Shown: positions 53,576 through 63,723, counted from the stretch's first letter. The stretch: 64,000 nucleotides of DNA from Acidimicrobiales bacterium (GCA_029263215.1 JAJCXY010000053.1:76417-140416); one strand, 5' to 3'. Notes: generated from the sequence alone by a model not told the origin. A program made the numbers and translations.

Positions 53576-54298
53576 ATGGTTCAGAGTGTCGAGCGGGCCC
53601 TGACCCTGCTGAGCGAGGCGTCGCGAAACCCTGGCGGACTGGCTGATCTGGCCGAGAGGTCGGGCCTGGCCATGTCTACTGCATCGCGCCTGCTCTCCAC
53701 GTTGGAGGCAGGTGGAGCGGTGAGCCGCGATGAGCGAGGCATCTATGGCGTCGGCCCCGCGATAGAGGCGATGAATCCTTCCCTTGCCGGTGCCAGCCTG
53801 CAGGCCCTTGCCCACCCCCATCTCGGGGCCCTGGCCACCGCGCTCGACGAAGCGGTGTGCCTTTCGGTGCCCCTCAACCACGAGACCCTCACGCTCGTTC
53901 AGGTGGATGTGCCTCGCCCGGTTCAAGCCGAGGACTGGACCGGCAACCGCTGGCCCCTCACCGCGGGAGGGAGCGGGCTGGTGATGATGGCCACCTGGTC
54001 TGATGAGCGTGTCGCCGCTGCCCTTGATGGGGCTCAGCGGCCCACCGATCTCCGTGGAGTTCGTGAAGCCGGCGTTGCCTGGACGAGCGGAGGCTATGTG
54101 GAAGGACTCACGAGTGTCGCGGCTGCGGTGGTGAGCCCCGACGATGTGGGCCGGGCGGCCGTGGTCGCCTACGGGCCGTCGTATCGGTTCCCCGCCAAAG
54201 GTGCCCGAGCCGAGATCGAGGAGCAGGTGCGGGCATGCGCCGATGTGATCTCCGCTGAGCTGGCCGAGAGTTGGGCCACCCGAGGAGCACGATCATGA
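53576..54298 (+). CDS. IclR-family transcriptional regulator
   Basis: 240-aa ORF. The N-terminus is VQSVERALTLLSEASRNPGGLADLAERSGLAMSTASRLLSTLE. It has an IclR-type effector domain. Confidence 0.85.
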   Translation: MVQSVERALTLLSEASRNPGGLADLAERSGLAMSTASRLLSTLEAGGAVSRDERGIYGVGPAIEAMNPSLAGASLQALAHPHLGALATALDEAVCLSVPLNHETLTLVQVDVPRPVQAEDWTGNRWPLTAGGSGLVMMATWSDERVAAALDGAQRPTDLRGVREAGVAWTSGGYVEGLTSVAAAVVSPDDVGRAAVVAYGPSYRFPAKGARAEIEEQVRACADVISAELAESWATRGARS

Positions 54299-55818
54299 CC
54301 AGGCGAGGCCGTCGCCCCCGCGCCACTTTGCCGACGGGTGTACCCCAGCTGCCATGGCGCCAGGTCACCAACTCCCACGGCACCCTCGACGTGTTGCGCC
54401 CCGAACAGGTCGACCAGATCCACGAAGGGTCGCTGCGAGTGCTCGAGGAGTACGGCATCCGGCTCCTGTCGGCTCCGGCTCGCAAACTCTTCGAGCAGGC
54501 GGGGGCGATCGTCGATCACGACACAGGCCTGGTGCGGGTGGGTCGCGACGTGATCGAAGCCACCCTCGCCACCACCATTCCCGAGTTCACCCTCACCCCC
54601 CGCAACCCCGAGCGGGCCATCAGGTTCGGCGGCAACAATCTCATCTTCGGACTGGTATCGGGCCCACCCGCCGTGCACGACCGGATCAACGGCCGTCGCC
54701 CGAGCAATCTCGCCGACTACAAGAACTTCGTGCGACTGGCCCACTACTTCAACGCCATTCACGTGCTGGGCAACCAGGTGTCGGCTCCGATCGAACTGGC
54801 CGCCAACAATCGCCACCTCGACTGCTACCTGGCCAACATCACCCACTGCGACCTCAGCTACAACTGCACGGCCATCGGTCGGGGCCGCGCCCTCGACGGC
54901 ATCGAGATGATGGCCATCTCACGTGGTGTCTCCCTCGACGAGATGGTCGAGAGTCCCGGTGTTCTCACCGTGATCAATGTCAACAGCCCCCGGCTCGTCG
55001 ACGATGCCATGGCCGAAGGACTCATGACCATGGCCGAGTTCGGTCAACCGGTGGCAGTCACTCCCTTCACCCTGATGGGGGCGATGACACCAACGACACT
55101 CGCGGCGGCGCTGGTGCAGCAGAACGCCGAGGCCCTCTTCGGAATCGCGCTCGTCCAGCTCACCCGACCGGGCGCACCGGTGCTGTACGGATCATTCACC
55201 TCCAACGTCGATATGCGGTCGGGGTCGCCCGCGTTCGGCACGCCGGAGAACGCCAAAGCCAACGTGGCTGCCGGCCAGCTCGCCCGCCGCTACCGCCTGC
55301 CGTATCGGAGCAGCAACGCCAACGCCTCCAATGCCGTGGATGCCCAGGCCACCTACGAGACCCAGATGGCTTTGTGGGGCGCGGTACTCGGTGGGGCCAA
55401 CCTCATACATCACGCCGCGGGGTGGATGGAAGGTGGACTCCAGGCTTCCTACGAGAAGCTGGTGCTCGATGTCGAGATGCTCCAGCACATGATGGAGTTC
55501 CTCGCTCCGATCGACACGAGCGATGATCAACTGGGTATCGACGCGATCGGCCGGGTGCCCGCGGGCGGTCACTTCTTCGGCGACGAGCACACCATGGCCC
55601 GTTACGACTCGGCCTTCTACGCGCCCTTCCTGTCCGACTGGCGCAACTGGGAGCAGTGGAACGAAGACGGCGCCCGCACCGCCACGGAGAGAGCCACCGA
55701 TGTGTGGCAGAAGGCGCTCGCCGACTACGAAGAGCCCCCGCTTTGTGTAGGCGTAGCCGAGGAACTCGAGGCCTACGTCGCCCGCCGGAAGGCGGAGATC
55801 GGTGACGACGAACCCTGA
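54295..55818 (+). CDS. MttB-family (trimethylamine methyltransferase superfamily) protein, a non-pyrrolysine member
   Basis: ORF 54271..55818, with the start placed at MTRRGRRPR (ATG 54295, an ATGA overlap). Contains LRPEQVDQIHEGSLRVLEEYGIRL and a C-terminal GHFFGDEHTM. There is no in-frame TAG. Confidence 0.85.
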   Translation: MTRRGRRPRATLPTGVPQLPWRQVTNSHGTLDVLRPEQVDQIHEGSLRVLEEYGIRLLSAPARKLFEQAGAIVDHDTGLVRVGRDVIEATLATTIPEFTLTPRNPERAIRFGGNNLIFGLVSGPPAVHDRINGRRPSNLADYKNFVRLAHYFNAIHVLGNQVSAPIELAANNRHLDCYLANITHCDLSYNCTAIGRGRALDGIEMMAISRGVSLDEMVESPGVLTVINVNSPRLVDDAMAEGLMTMAEFGQPVAVTPFTLMGAMTPTTLAAALVQQNAEALFGIALVQLTRPGAPVLYGSFTSNVDMRSGSPAFGTPENAKANVAAGQLARRYRLPYRSSNANASNAVDAQATYETQMALWGAVLGGANLIHHAAGWMEGGLQASYEKLVLDVEMLQHMMEFLAPIDTSDDQLGIDAIGRVPAGGHFFGDEHTMARYDSAFYAPFLSDWRNWEQWNEDGARTATERATDVWQKALADYEEPPLCVGVAEELEAYVARRKAEIGDDEP

Positions 55819-55824
55819 GTTGAT

Positions 55825-56973
55825 CTAGAGGTAGCTGCGCTTGGCGACTTCCTCGAGCATGACCTCGGTGGCGCCACCGCCGATGGGCAGGATTCGGGCG
55901 TCGCGCGACATTCGTTCGATGGCCGACTCGCGCATGTAGCCCATTCCTCCGTGGAACTGCACACAGTCGTACATCACCTGGTTGACGACCTCGGCGCCCC
56001 ACGCCTTCACACCCGACATCTCCTTCACGTTGTCGGCCCCACTGTCGTGGATCCAGGCCGCGTGATACATCGATGCCCTGACGGCATCGATCTTGGCCTG
56101 GTTCATCGCCATCCGCTGGCGGATGGCGCCGAGATCGTAGAGGTGGCCTCCGAAGGCAGGGCGTTCCTGGCAGTAGCGGTTGGTGAGATCGATCGCAGCC
56201 TGGGCCGCCCCAACTCCCATCCCCACGAGCACCATGCGCTCGTTCTGGAAGTTCTTCATCGTCTCGTAGAAACCTCGATGGGTGGTGCCGAGGAGTTGCT
56301 CATCAGCCACCCACACGTCGTCGAGCACGAGTTCGGCGGTATCGGAGGAGCGCCATCCGTGCTTGTCGAGCTTGGTGGCCACCTCGAACCCCTTGGTGCC
56401 GGCAGGAACCAGGAACATCGAGATCCCGTACTTGTTGCCCGGGTCGGTGCGGGCGGCCACGATGGTCATGTCGCCGTAGACGGCGTTGGTGATGAACATC
56501 TTGGTGCCGTTGATCCGCCAGCCGTCGCCGTCCTTCACCGCGGTGGAGCGGATGCCGGCCACATCGGAACCGGCGTCGGGTTCGGTGACACCGATCGACA
56601 GGATCGCCTCGCCCGACATGGCCTTCGGTAGCCACTCGGCGAGCTGTTCGGGAGAGCCGGAGTTGACCAGGTGGGGTCCGGCCATGTCGGTGTGCACGAG
56701 CACGGTGACGTCGAACCCGGCAAAGGTCGAGGAGCCCAACGCTTCGGAGAAGGTGGCGGAGGCGAGCATTCCCATACCCAGGCCTCCGTGCTCCTCGGGT
56801 ATGCGCAGGCTGAACATCCCGAGTTGGCCCATCTGACGCAGGACGTCGCGGGGTACCTTGCCCGCTTCCTCCCATTCATCACCATGGGGCAACACCTCAT
56901 TGGCGACGAACTCGACGGTCTGGTCGTAGATCGCCTGGAGCTCGTCGGTCATGTAGATATTTCGATTGGTCAT
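55825..56973 (-). CDS. Acyl-CoA dehydrogenase. Its position suggests an isovaleryl-CoA dehydrogenase role.
   Basis: 382-aa ORF. Contains GVTEPDAGSD, and a C-terminal QFHGGMGYMRE with IGGGATEV. Confidence 0.85.
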   Translation of the reverse strand: MTNRNIYMTDELQAIYDQTVEFVANEVLPHGDEWEEAGKVPRDVLRQMGQLGMFSLRIPEEHGGLGMGMLASATFSEALGSSTFAGFDVTVLVHTDMAGPHLVNSGSPEQLAEWLPKAMSGEAILSIGVTEPDAGSDVAGIRSTAVKDGDGWRINGTKMFITNAVYGDMTIVAARTDPGNKYGISMFLVPAGTKGFEVATKLDKHGWRSSDTAELVLDDVWVADEQLLGTTHRGFYETMKNFQNERMVLVGMGVGAAQAAIDLTNRYCQERPAFGGHLYDLGAIRQRMAMNQAKIDAVRASMYHAAWIHDSGADNVKEMSGVKAWGAEVVNQVMYDCVQFHGGMGYMRESAIERMSRDARILPIGGGATEVMLEEVAKRSYL

Positions 56974-58868
56974 TGGGATGCCTCGTCGGAAGGATGGGTG
57001 GGTTCGAATGTGATGAGAATCTGGTTGGTCTCGACCTGATCGCCGCTTGTCACTCTCACTTCTTCGACGACGCCGGGGCCACCGGCGGAGAGGGTGTGAA
57101 GCATCTTCATTGCTTCGATGACAACGAGCGCCTGGCCACCAACGACGGCATCGCCGGGGGCTACGTGCACCTCGGTGACGAGAGCAGGGAAAGGAGCGGT
57201 GATTGCGCCGGCGTGGCCATGGCCGGTGTCGGCCGATGGAGCCCAGTGTTCGCTGCGGCTGACCACCCTGAAGGTGTGGGACTGGCCGGCAACGTTGACC
57301 ACCACCGTCCGTCGCTCGAGATCAACGCCGGCCACGCCGACGTTCGAGACCTTGGTGGGCACCGGCACCTCGTGGACCTCCCCGTCGACATCCTCCAGCG
57401 CGATGATGCGCTGGGGCCGATGGGTGGTGACCCGAGCATCGCCGAGAGCCGACCACGGGCCCGCCGCCGCGATGGCCCGGCGCGAGCGAGTCCAGGCCGC
57501 GGCCGCTTCGATGGCGGCGACGCCGAGGTCGTATTCACCCGGCAGTTGGGTCTCATCCAGGTAACGGGTGGTTATCCGGCCCACCACGAGGGGTTCCTGC
57601 TCGATGAGCCAGCGATGGAACCCGGAGTTGGTGACGAGCCCGCCGATGAGAAGCTGGTCGAGGGCCGCGCCCAGACGGCGGCGGGCAGTGTCGCGGTCGG
57701 GCCCGTCGACGATCAGCTTGGCAATCATCGGGTCGTAGTGGGGAGTGATGGTGGACCCGGCCTCGATCGCGGAATCCCAGCGCACCCCTGCTGGTGTGGC
57801 GAGGTGGCTGATCGTGCCTATCTGGGGTGCGAAGTCGTTGGCGGCGTCCTCGGCGTTGATCCGAGCTTCGAAGGCATGGCCGGTGAAAGTGACCTCGTCT
57901 TGAGAGAGGGGGAGGGCAGCGCCTGCGGCAGAGCCGATCTGGAGCTCCACGAGATCGAGCCCGGTGATGAACTCGGTGACCGGATGCTCCACCTGGAGCC
58001 GGGTGTTCATCTCGAGGAAGTAATAGTCGCCGCTCTCGTCGTCGACCACGAACTCGACGGTGCCGGTGGAGTCGTAGCCCATGGCTCGCGCCAGGTCGGT
58101 TGCAGCGGTGCGGAGGCCTGCTGTGGTGGCCTCGGGCAGGTTCGGCGCCGGAGCCTCCTCCAGCAACTTCTGGTAGCGGCGCTGCACGGAGCACTCGCGG
58201 GTGCCGAGGTCGATCACGTTGCCGTGATGGTCGCCCACCACCTGCACCTCGACGTGACGTGGTCGGGTGATGAAGCGTTCGACGATTACCCGGCCATCGC
58301 CGAAGGAGCGCTCGGCCTCGGCCACGGCCTCGTCGAGAGCGCGGTCGAAGTCGGCTGGGGCATTGGCTATGCGGATGCCCTTTCCTCCGCCACCGGCCGC
58401 CGCTTTCACCAGGATCGGGTAGCCGATCCGGTCGGCCGCGGCGGTGAGCTCGGCGTGGTCCTGGCTGTGATCGAAGCCCGGGATGATCTGCACGCCGGCC
58501 GCGGCTGCGATTCTCCGTGCCTCGATCTTCGAACCCATCGAGTCTATGACGTCGGGGTTGGGGCCGATCCAGACGAGGCCGGCCGCGATCACGGCGCGGG
58601 CGAAGTCGGCGTTTTCGGAGAGGAAGCCATAGCCGGGATGGATTGCGTCGGCTCCGGCCTCGGCTGCGGCGGCGAGGATGCGATCGACCGACAGGTAGGA
58701 ATCGGCGAGGGTCGCGGGGCCGATGGCCATCGCTTCGTCGGCATCGGCGACGAAGGGCGAGGCCGCATCGGGTTCGGCGAAGACCGCGACGGTGCGGTGA
58801 CCGAGGCGGCGTGCAGTGCGGATGACTCGGCGGGCGATCTCGCCCCGGTTGGCGATGAGGATCTTCAT
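56970..58868 (-). CDS. Biotin carboxylase plus BCCP subunit of an acyl-CoA carboxylase (methylcrotonyl-CoA carboxylase alpha-like)
   Basis: ORF 56970..58940, with the start placed at MKILIANRGEIARRV (ATG 58868, RBS GAGGAG). It has an ATP-grasp domain and the C-terminal biotinylation motif EAMKM. Confidence 0.9.
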   Translation of the reverse strand: MKILIANRGEIARRVIRTARRLGHRTVAVFAEPDAASPFVADADEAMAIGPATLADSYLSVDRILAAAAEAGADAIHPGYGFLSENADFARAVIAAGLVWIGPNPDVIDSMGSKIEARRIAAAAGVQIIPGFDHSQDHAELTAAADRIGYPILVKAAAGGGGKGIRIANAPADFDRALDEAVAEAERSFGDGRVIVERFITRPRHVEVQVVGDHHGNVIDLGTRECSVQRRYQKLLEEAPAPNLPEATTAGLRTAATDLARAMGYDSTGTVEFVVDDESGDYYFLEMNTRLQVEHPVTEFITGLDLVELQIGSAAGAALPLSQDEVTFTGHAFEARINAEDAANDFAPQIGTISHLATPAGVRWDSAIEAGSTITPHYDPMIAKLIVDGPDRDTARRRLGAALDQLLIGGLVTNSGFHRWLIEQEPLVVGRITTRYLDETQLPGEYDLGVAAIEAAAAWTRSRRAIAAAGPWSALGDARVTTHRPQRIIALEDVDGEVHEVPVPTKVSNVGVAGVDLERRTVVVNVAGQSHTFRVVSRSEHWAPSADTGHGHAGAITAPFPALVTEVHVAPGDAVVGGQALVVIEAMKMLHTLSAGGPGVVEEVRVTSGDQVETNQILITFEPTHPSDEASQ

Positions 58869-58878
58869 CGGTGTCTCC

Positions 58879-60501
58879 TCACATCCTGTAGACGAGTCCG
58901 GGCCCGGGGGCCGGTTCGTCTTGTCGGGCCGCGAGGGCAAGGCAGAGCCCGAGGGCGTCGCGGGTGTGGACGGGATCGATCAGGCCGTCGTCCCAGAGCC
59001 TCGAGGTGGCGTAGTAGGGGTCGGACTGGGTTTCGTATTGGTCGCGTACTTCGGCCCGCATGGCCGCGATCTCCTCGTCGGTGGTTTCGGCGCCTTTCAG
59101 GCCTCCGAGGCGGATGTCGACGAGAACGGTTTCCGCGGTATCGGCGGCCATCGTGGCGATCCGGCTGTTGGGCCACGCGAACAGGAACCGGGGATTGAAC
59201 CCCCGACCGCACATGCCGTAGTTGCCGGCTCCGTACGACCCGCCGATGAGCACGGTGTATCTGGGCACGGTGGCGTTGGCTACAGCAGCGACCATCTTGG
59301 CGCCGTTCTTGGCAATTCCTCCCGCCTCGGAATCGCGCCCCACCATGTAGCCCGAAGTGTTCTGGAGGAACAGCAGGGGGATGCGCCTCTGCTCGCACAG
59401 CTCGATGAAATGGGTGGCCTTGAGAGCCGACTCGCTGAAGATGATGCCGTTGTTGGCCACGATGCCGACGAGGTGACCCCAGACGCGGGCGAAGCCACAG
59501 ACGATCGACTCGCCCCATTCGGGTTTGAACGGTGCAAACTTCGACCCGTCGACCATGCGGGCGATGATCTCGGTTGCATCGAAGGGGATGCGGTGGTCGG
59601 CGCTGACGATCCCGTAGAGCTCCGATGGGTCGTGGGCGGGGGACTCGGGTTCGACCCAGTCGGCCCACGGCTGGTGCTCGTCGACCGATCGCTGGTTGGT
59701 GGTGAGGCAGATCTCCCGCAGGCGGCCGTAGGCCTCACGTTCGGTGTCGGCCATGTAGTCGCTCACGCCCGAGACGCGGGTGTGGAGTTCGGCTCCACCG
59801 AGGTCGTCAGGGTCGATGATCTCGCCGAGTGCGGCCTTCACGATCGGCGGCCCTCCCAAGAAGATCCGGCCGATGCCCTCGACCATGATCGCCTCGTCGC
59901 TGAGGGCCGGCACGTAGGCGCCTCCGGCGGTGCAGCCACCGAGCACCACAGACAGTTGGGGGAGGCCCTGCGCCGAGAGGCGGGCCTGGCGATAGAAGGA
60001 GCCGCCGAAGTGGTCCTTGTCGGGGAAGATCTCGTCTTGCAGGGGCAGGAATGCTCCGCCGGAATCGACCAGATAGATCACTCCGAGGCCGTTCTCCTCG
60101 GCGATCTGTTGGGCCCTGACGTGTTTCTTGATCGCTATCGGCACGAGCGAGCCACCCTTGACAGTGGCATCGTTGGCGACGAACACGTAGGGCACTCCGT
60201 GCACGATCCCGATGCCGGTGACGATGCCCCCGCCGGGGACCTCATCGTCGTATTGGCCGTAGCCCGAGAGGGTGGAGAGTTCGAGGAACGCGGTGTCGAT
60301 GTCGGTGATGAGGTCGATCCGGTCGCGGGCCATCTCCTTGCCGCGGGCGAGGTGTCGCTCGATCGAGCGCTGCCGGTGGGGTCCTCCGTCGATCGCCCAT
60401 TGCTGGCGCTCGCCGAGGGTGGTGATCGTCTCTTCGTAGGCGGCCCGGTTGGTTTTGAACTGGGCACTGCCGGTGTCGATCTTGGAATTGATCGGCCTCA
60501 C
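58879..60501 (-). CDS. Carboxyltransferase subunit (methylcrotonyl-CoA carboxylase beta-like)
   Basis: ORF 58879..60705, with the start placed at GTG 60501 (a GTGA overlap with the TetR stop). Begins VRPINSKIDTGSAQFKTNRAAY and contains ANDATVKGGS. Confidence 0.88.
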   Translation of the reverse strand: MRPINSKIDTGSAQFKTNRAAYEETITTLGERQQWAIDGGPHRQRSIERHLARGKEMARDRIDLITDIDTAFLELSTLSGYGQYDDEVPGGGIVTGIGIVHGVPYVFVANDATVKGGSLVPIAIKKHVRAQQIAEENGLGVIYLVDSGGAFLPLQDEIFPDKDHFGGSFYRQARLSAQGLPQLSVVLGGCTAGGAYVPALSDEAIMVEGIGRIFLGGPPIVKAALGEIIDPDDLGGAELHTRVSGVSDYMADTEREAYGRLREICLTTNQRSVDEHQPWADWVEPESPAHDPSELYGIVSADHRIPFDATEIIARMVDGSKFAPFKPEWGESIVCGFARVWGHLVGIVANNGIIFSESALKATHFIELCEQRRIPLLFLQNTSGYMVGRDSEAGGIAKNGAKMVAAVANATVPRYTVLIGGSYGAGNYGMCGRGFNPRFLFAWPNSRIATMAADTAETVLVDIRLGGLKGAETTDEEIAAMRAEVRDQYETQSDPYYATSRLWDDGLIDPVHTRDALGLCLALAARQDEPAPGPGLVYRM

Positions 60502-61118
60502 GCCGCCTCCTGAGGGTTGAGGGCCAGGCCCGACCAGAACTGTTGGGTGATGGCTCGAGCGAGGGCATCGAGGGTGCCCCGCTCCAAATCGAACCATTCC
60601 ACCGACGTGTTCATCGCTCCGAAGAGCAGGAGTCGGTGGACTCCGTCGGTGGCTTCGGCATCGAGAGCATCGGCGGCCACCAGCTCGGCTATCAGCGTTG
60701 TCCACATCGCCTCGTAGCGGTCGCGCGACGGAACCACGGCTTCACGAACGGCGGGTGGGGCGGTACGAAACGCGGTGACGTGAGCTGCTGTGTAAGGGCC
60801 GTTTTCGTAGAGAGCTCCGAGGTGGGCGCGCACATGAGCCGCGAGGCGTTGGTGAGCGGAGAGTTCGGCGCCGGTGGCGGTGGCCTCATCGAAGGCGTCG
60901 ACCATCACCGCTATTCCTCGTTCGAAGATGGCCACGAGCAGATCGTTCTTCGATGCGAAGTGGTAGTAGATCGAGCCTGCCTTCATACCTGCGAGTTCGG
61001 CGATCTGGCGCAGTGAGCCACCGTCGACTCCACGCTCGAGGAAGAGTTCGGCAGCCACATCCATGATGCGACGTCGGCTGTCGGCTTCCTGATGATCGGG
61101 CACGATCGAAGTGATCAT
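60498..61118 (-). CDS. TetR/AcrR-family transcriptional regulator
   Basis: 206-aa ORF. The N-terminal HTH is RRIMDVAAELFLERGVDGGSLRQIAELAGMKAGSIYYHFASK. Confidence 0.88.
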   Translation of the reverse strand: MITSIVPDHQEADSRRRIMDVAAELFLERGVDGGSLRQIAELAGMKAGSIYYHFASKNDLLVAIFERGIAVMVDAFDEATATGAELSAHQRLAAHVRAHLGALYENGPYTAAHVTAFRTAPPAVREAVVPSRDRYEAMWTTLIAELVAADALDAEATDGVHRLLLFGAMNTSVEWFDLERGTLDALARAITQQFWSGLALNPQEAA

Positions 61119-61130
61119 CGGAATAACCTA

Positions 61131-61146
61131 CCTAACGACCGTTAGG
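61131..61146. promoter_or_regulatory. Palindrome CCTAACGACCGTTAGG, a candidate TetR operator
   Basis: 14 of 16 positions are self-complementary. It lies 13 nt upstream of the TetR start codon. Confidence 0.5.
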
Positions 61147-61238
61147 CATGCAAGTAGGGAGCGATGGAGCGAGTAGGCCCTTCGCCCCTACTCGCTTCGG
61201 GGCGTTTGTCCGTACTGTTCAATCAGGAGGTGGACGTC

Positions 61239-62069
61239 ATGTATCAACGGATAATCGTCCCGGTAGATGGGTCGGCGCGGTCGTGGAACGTAGCGGACGC
61301 CGCCGCTGAACTCGCGGTGCGGTGGGACTGCCCCGTGGAGGTCGTCTCGGTCGTGAGATTCGAATCGGCGCGAGAGGAGACCGAAGCCGAGATCCACGGC
61401 CGGATCTCCGGATCGTCGTGGGCCGATCGGGCCCTTCCCCTGGTGTTGGCCGGCATCGACGAGAGTGTGGGCGAATACATCGCCGACATCGCCAATGAGC
61501 AGCCGGGCAGCCTCGTTGTCATGAGCACCACAGGGCACGGACGCAGCGCCGCGATTCTCGGCAGCACGGCCGAAGAGATCCTGCGTCACACCACCACCCC
61601 GATCCTGCTCTACGGGCCCGTCGCTGAGGCCGCGGCCCCATCGGGCACTTCCCTCGTGGTGGCCGTCGACGGGTCGGAGCTCTCCGAGCAGGCTCTGGGA
61701 CTGGCAGGCGCGTGGGTTGTCGGTCTTGACCTCGTCCCCTGGGTGGTCACGGTTGGAGCGGTCGGCGTCAAGCTCCCCGCCGATGCCGCCGAATCGGCCG
61801 GCCCCCACTCCGTGGCCGGCGAACTCCACGATCTCATCGGGCGAACCGTCCAGTTCGAGACCCTTCACGGGAATCGGCCGGCGACCTCGCTCACCGAGTT
61901 CGCGGAGAGCATGGACGCGGCGCTGTTGGTCGAAACAACTCACGCTCGACGCGGCTTCGATCGCCTCGTTTCGGGAAGCGTGACCATGTCGACGGTTCGC
62001 CACTCCCACATCCCCGTACTCGTGGTGCGAGGCGTCGAGTCGAGCGAGGAAGCCCACTCCGACCACTGA
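61239..62069 (+). CDS. Tandem universal stress protein (UspA family)
   Basis: ORF 61164..62069, with the start placed at MYQRIIVPVDGSARS (ATG 61239, RBS AGGAGG). It has two Usp domains. The second starts at LVVAVDGSELSEQAL. The C-terminal G-x2-G-x9-G-S-like motif is GFDRLVSGSVTMS. Confidence 0.85.
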   Translation: MYQRIIVPVDGSARSWNVADAAAELAVRWDCPVEVVSVVRFESAREETEAEIHGRISGSSWADRALPLVLAGIDESVGEYIADIANEQPGSLVVMSTTGHGRSAAILGSTAEEILRHTTTPILLYGPVAEAAAPSGTSLVVAVDGSELSEQALGLAGAWVVGLDLVPWVVTVGAVGVKLPADAAESAGPHSVAGELHDLIGRTVQFETLHGNRPATSLTEFAESMDAALLVETTHARRGFDRLVSGSVTMSTVRHSHIPVLVVRGVESSEEAHSDH

Positions 62070-62112
62070 TCCGATCTGTTGATCAGAGTCCGGCTCGTCT
62101 ACAGTTCCGCGC

Positions 62113-63723
62113 GTGTCGTTGAAGAGTGCGATCACGTGCGGGGAGGCCACGATGCGGCTTCTCGCCCGCTACGGAGTCGACACCGTCTTCGGTATCCCTG
62201 GCGTGCACACCCTCGACTTCTGCCGTGGTCTGCTCGACGGTCCGATCCACCATGTGCAGGCCCGCAACGAGCAGGGTGCAGGCTTCATGGCCGACGGCTA
62301 CGCCCGAGTCAGCGGCCGGCCGGGCGTCGCTCTGGTGATCTCAGGACCGGGCGTCACCAATGCGCTCACTGCGGTCGGTCAGGCCTGGGCCGATTCGGTG
62401 CCGATGCTCATGTTGTCGTCGGAGACCGACAGCGCCACCCACGGCAAAGGTTGGGGGTGCCTCCACGAGATCCCCGACCAGAGGGCCGTCACCGAACCCC
62501 TCACCGCTCTCTCCGCTCGCGCCTCGTGTCCCGACGATGTGCCCGAGCTGGTGGCCCAGGCGTTCGCCATCTTCGCTGGGCAGCGCCCGCGCCCGGTCCA
62601 CCTCTCGATCCCGATCGATGTTCTCGCGATGCCGGTCGACGAGGAGTGGGAACCGCTGGTGATGCCGGCCCGAGCTCACCCCGACGCCGATCAGATCGAG
62701 GCCGCGGCCGCACTACTGCGAAGTGCGGCCCGCCCCGTGCTGATGGTCGGAGGTGGCGCGGTGGATGCGTTCACCGAGATCCGCACCCTGGTGGAGCAGC
62801 TCGGATGCCCGGTGCTCGCGAGCGCGGCCGGCAAGGGAATCGTGGCCGACGACCACCCCTTGAGTCTCAGCGCCCGCGGTTCTCGTCCCGAAGCGCAGGA
62901 GTGGTTGGGTGAGGCCGACGTGGTGCTGGCGGTGGGCACCGAGTTGGCCGAAACCGACAGCTTCATCGACCAGCTCCCCCTCAACGGCAAACTCATCCGG
63001 ATCGATCTCGACCCTCGCAAGATCAACGACCAGTATGCGGCCACGATCGGCATCGTCGCCGACGCAGCTGCGAGCATCGCGGCCCTGCTCGCAACGGGAC
63101 CGTTCACTGCCGCCCGCGACCGGGCCGAGATCGAAGCCGAACTGGCAGCAGTGCGCCAAAGCGTCGACGACAACCTGGGTGTGAGCGAGCGCCGTCACCA
63201 GCGTCTTCTCGAGATCCTCAATGCGGGCCTCCCCGCCGACACCATCCTCATGGGCGACATCTGCCAACTCGTTTATACGGGGGCATTCGCCTCGGTGTCG
63301 CGAACCCCTCGCAGCTGGCACTATCCGGCTGGCTACTGCACCCTCGGATGCGCGCTACCCAACGCGATAGGGGCCAAGTTCGCCCTGCCCGATCGTCCCG
63401 TGGTGTGTCTGGTCGGTGACGGGGGGCTGATGTTCACCGTGCAGGAGCTGATCGTCGCCGTCGATGAGGGGCTCGGAATTCCCGTGATCATCTGGGACAA
63501 CGAGGGGCTCAAGCAGATCCAGAAGGGCATGTTGGAGCAATCGATCCCGTTCGTTGGCGTCACCGGATCGAATCCCGATTTCATCGCTCTCGGCAAGGCC
63601 CTGCACTGCAACGCGGTGATGGCCGAGAGCCTCGATCATGTGGTCGAGGCCGCGGAGGAATGCTTGGCGGGGGATCGCCCGACCGTCATCGTCGTGCGCG
63701 AAGACGCCCCCTGGCTGAACTGA
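62113..63723 (+). CDS. Thiamine-diphosphate-dependent enzyme (acetolactate-synthase-like / 2-oxoacid decarboxylase-like)
   Basis: 536-aa ORF with a GTG start. The N-terminus is TCGEATMRLLARYGVDTVFGIPGVHTLDF. The ThDP-binding motif is GDGGLMFTVQEL...IIWDNEG. Confidence 0.85.
   Translation: MSLKSAITCGEATMRLLARYGVDTVFGIPGVHTLDFCRGLLDGPIHHVQARNEQGAGFMADGYARVSGRPGVALVISGPGVTNALTAVGQAWADSVPMLMLSSETDSATHGKGWGCLHEIPDQRAVTEPLTALSARASCPDDVPELVAQAFAIFAGQRPRPVHLSIPIDVLAMPVDEEWEPLVMPARAHPDADQIEAAAALLRSAARPVLMVGGGAVDAFTEIRTLVEQLGCPVLASAAGKGIVADDHPLSLSARGSRPEAQEWLGEADVVLAVGTELAETDSFIDQLPLNGKLIRIDLDPRKINDQYAATIGIVADAAASIAALLATGPFTAARDRAEIEAELAAVRQSVDDNLGVSERRHQRLLEILNAGLPADTILMGDICQLVYTGAFASVSRTPRSWHYPAGYCTLGCALPNAIGAKFALPDRPVVCLVGDGGLMFTVQELIVAVDEGLGIPVIIWDNEGLKQIQKGMLEQSIPFVGVTGSNPDFIALGKALHCNAVMAESLDHVVEAAEECLAGDRPTVIVVREDAPWLN

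Noticed and set aside
54295-55818. Possible pyrrolysine (in-frame UAG) recoding in the MttB-family gene.
   Set aside because: The reading frame is uninterrupted, with no in-frame TAG, and no pyl genes are present in the window. It is a non-Pyl member of the superfamily.
61168-61196. The hairpin AGCGAGTAGG-9 nt-CCTACTCGCT in the 5' region of the usp gene, considered as a possible riboswitch or attenuator.
   Set aside because: It is a single short stem with no alternative pairing and no recognisable riboswitch core. It is most simply a 5'-UTR stabilising hairpin or part of the divergent TetR/usp promoter region, and the evidence is insufficient to call it a feature.
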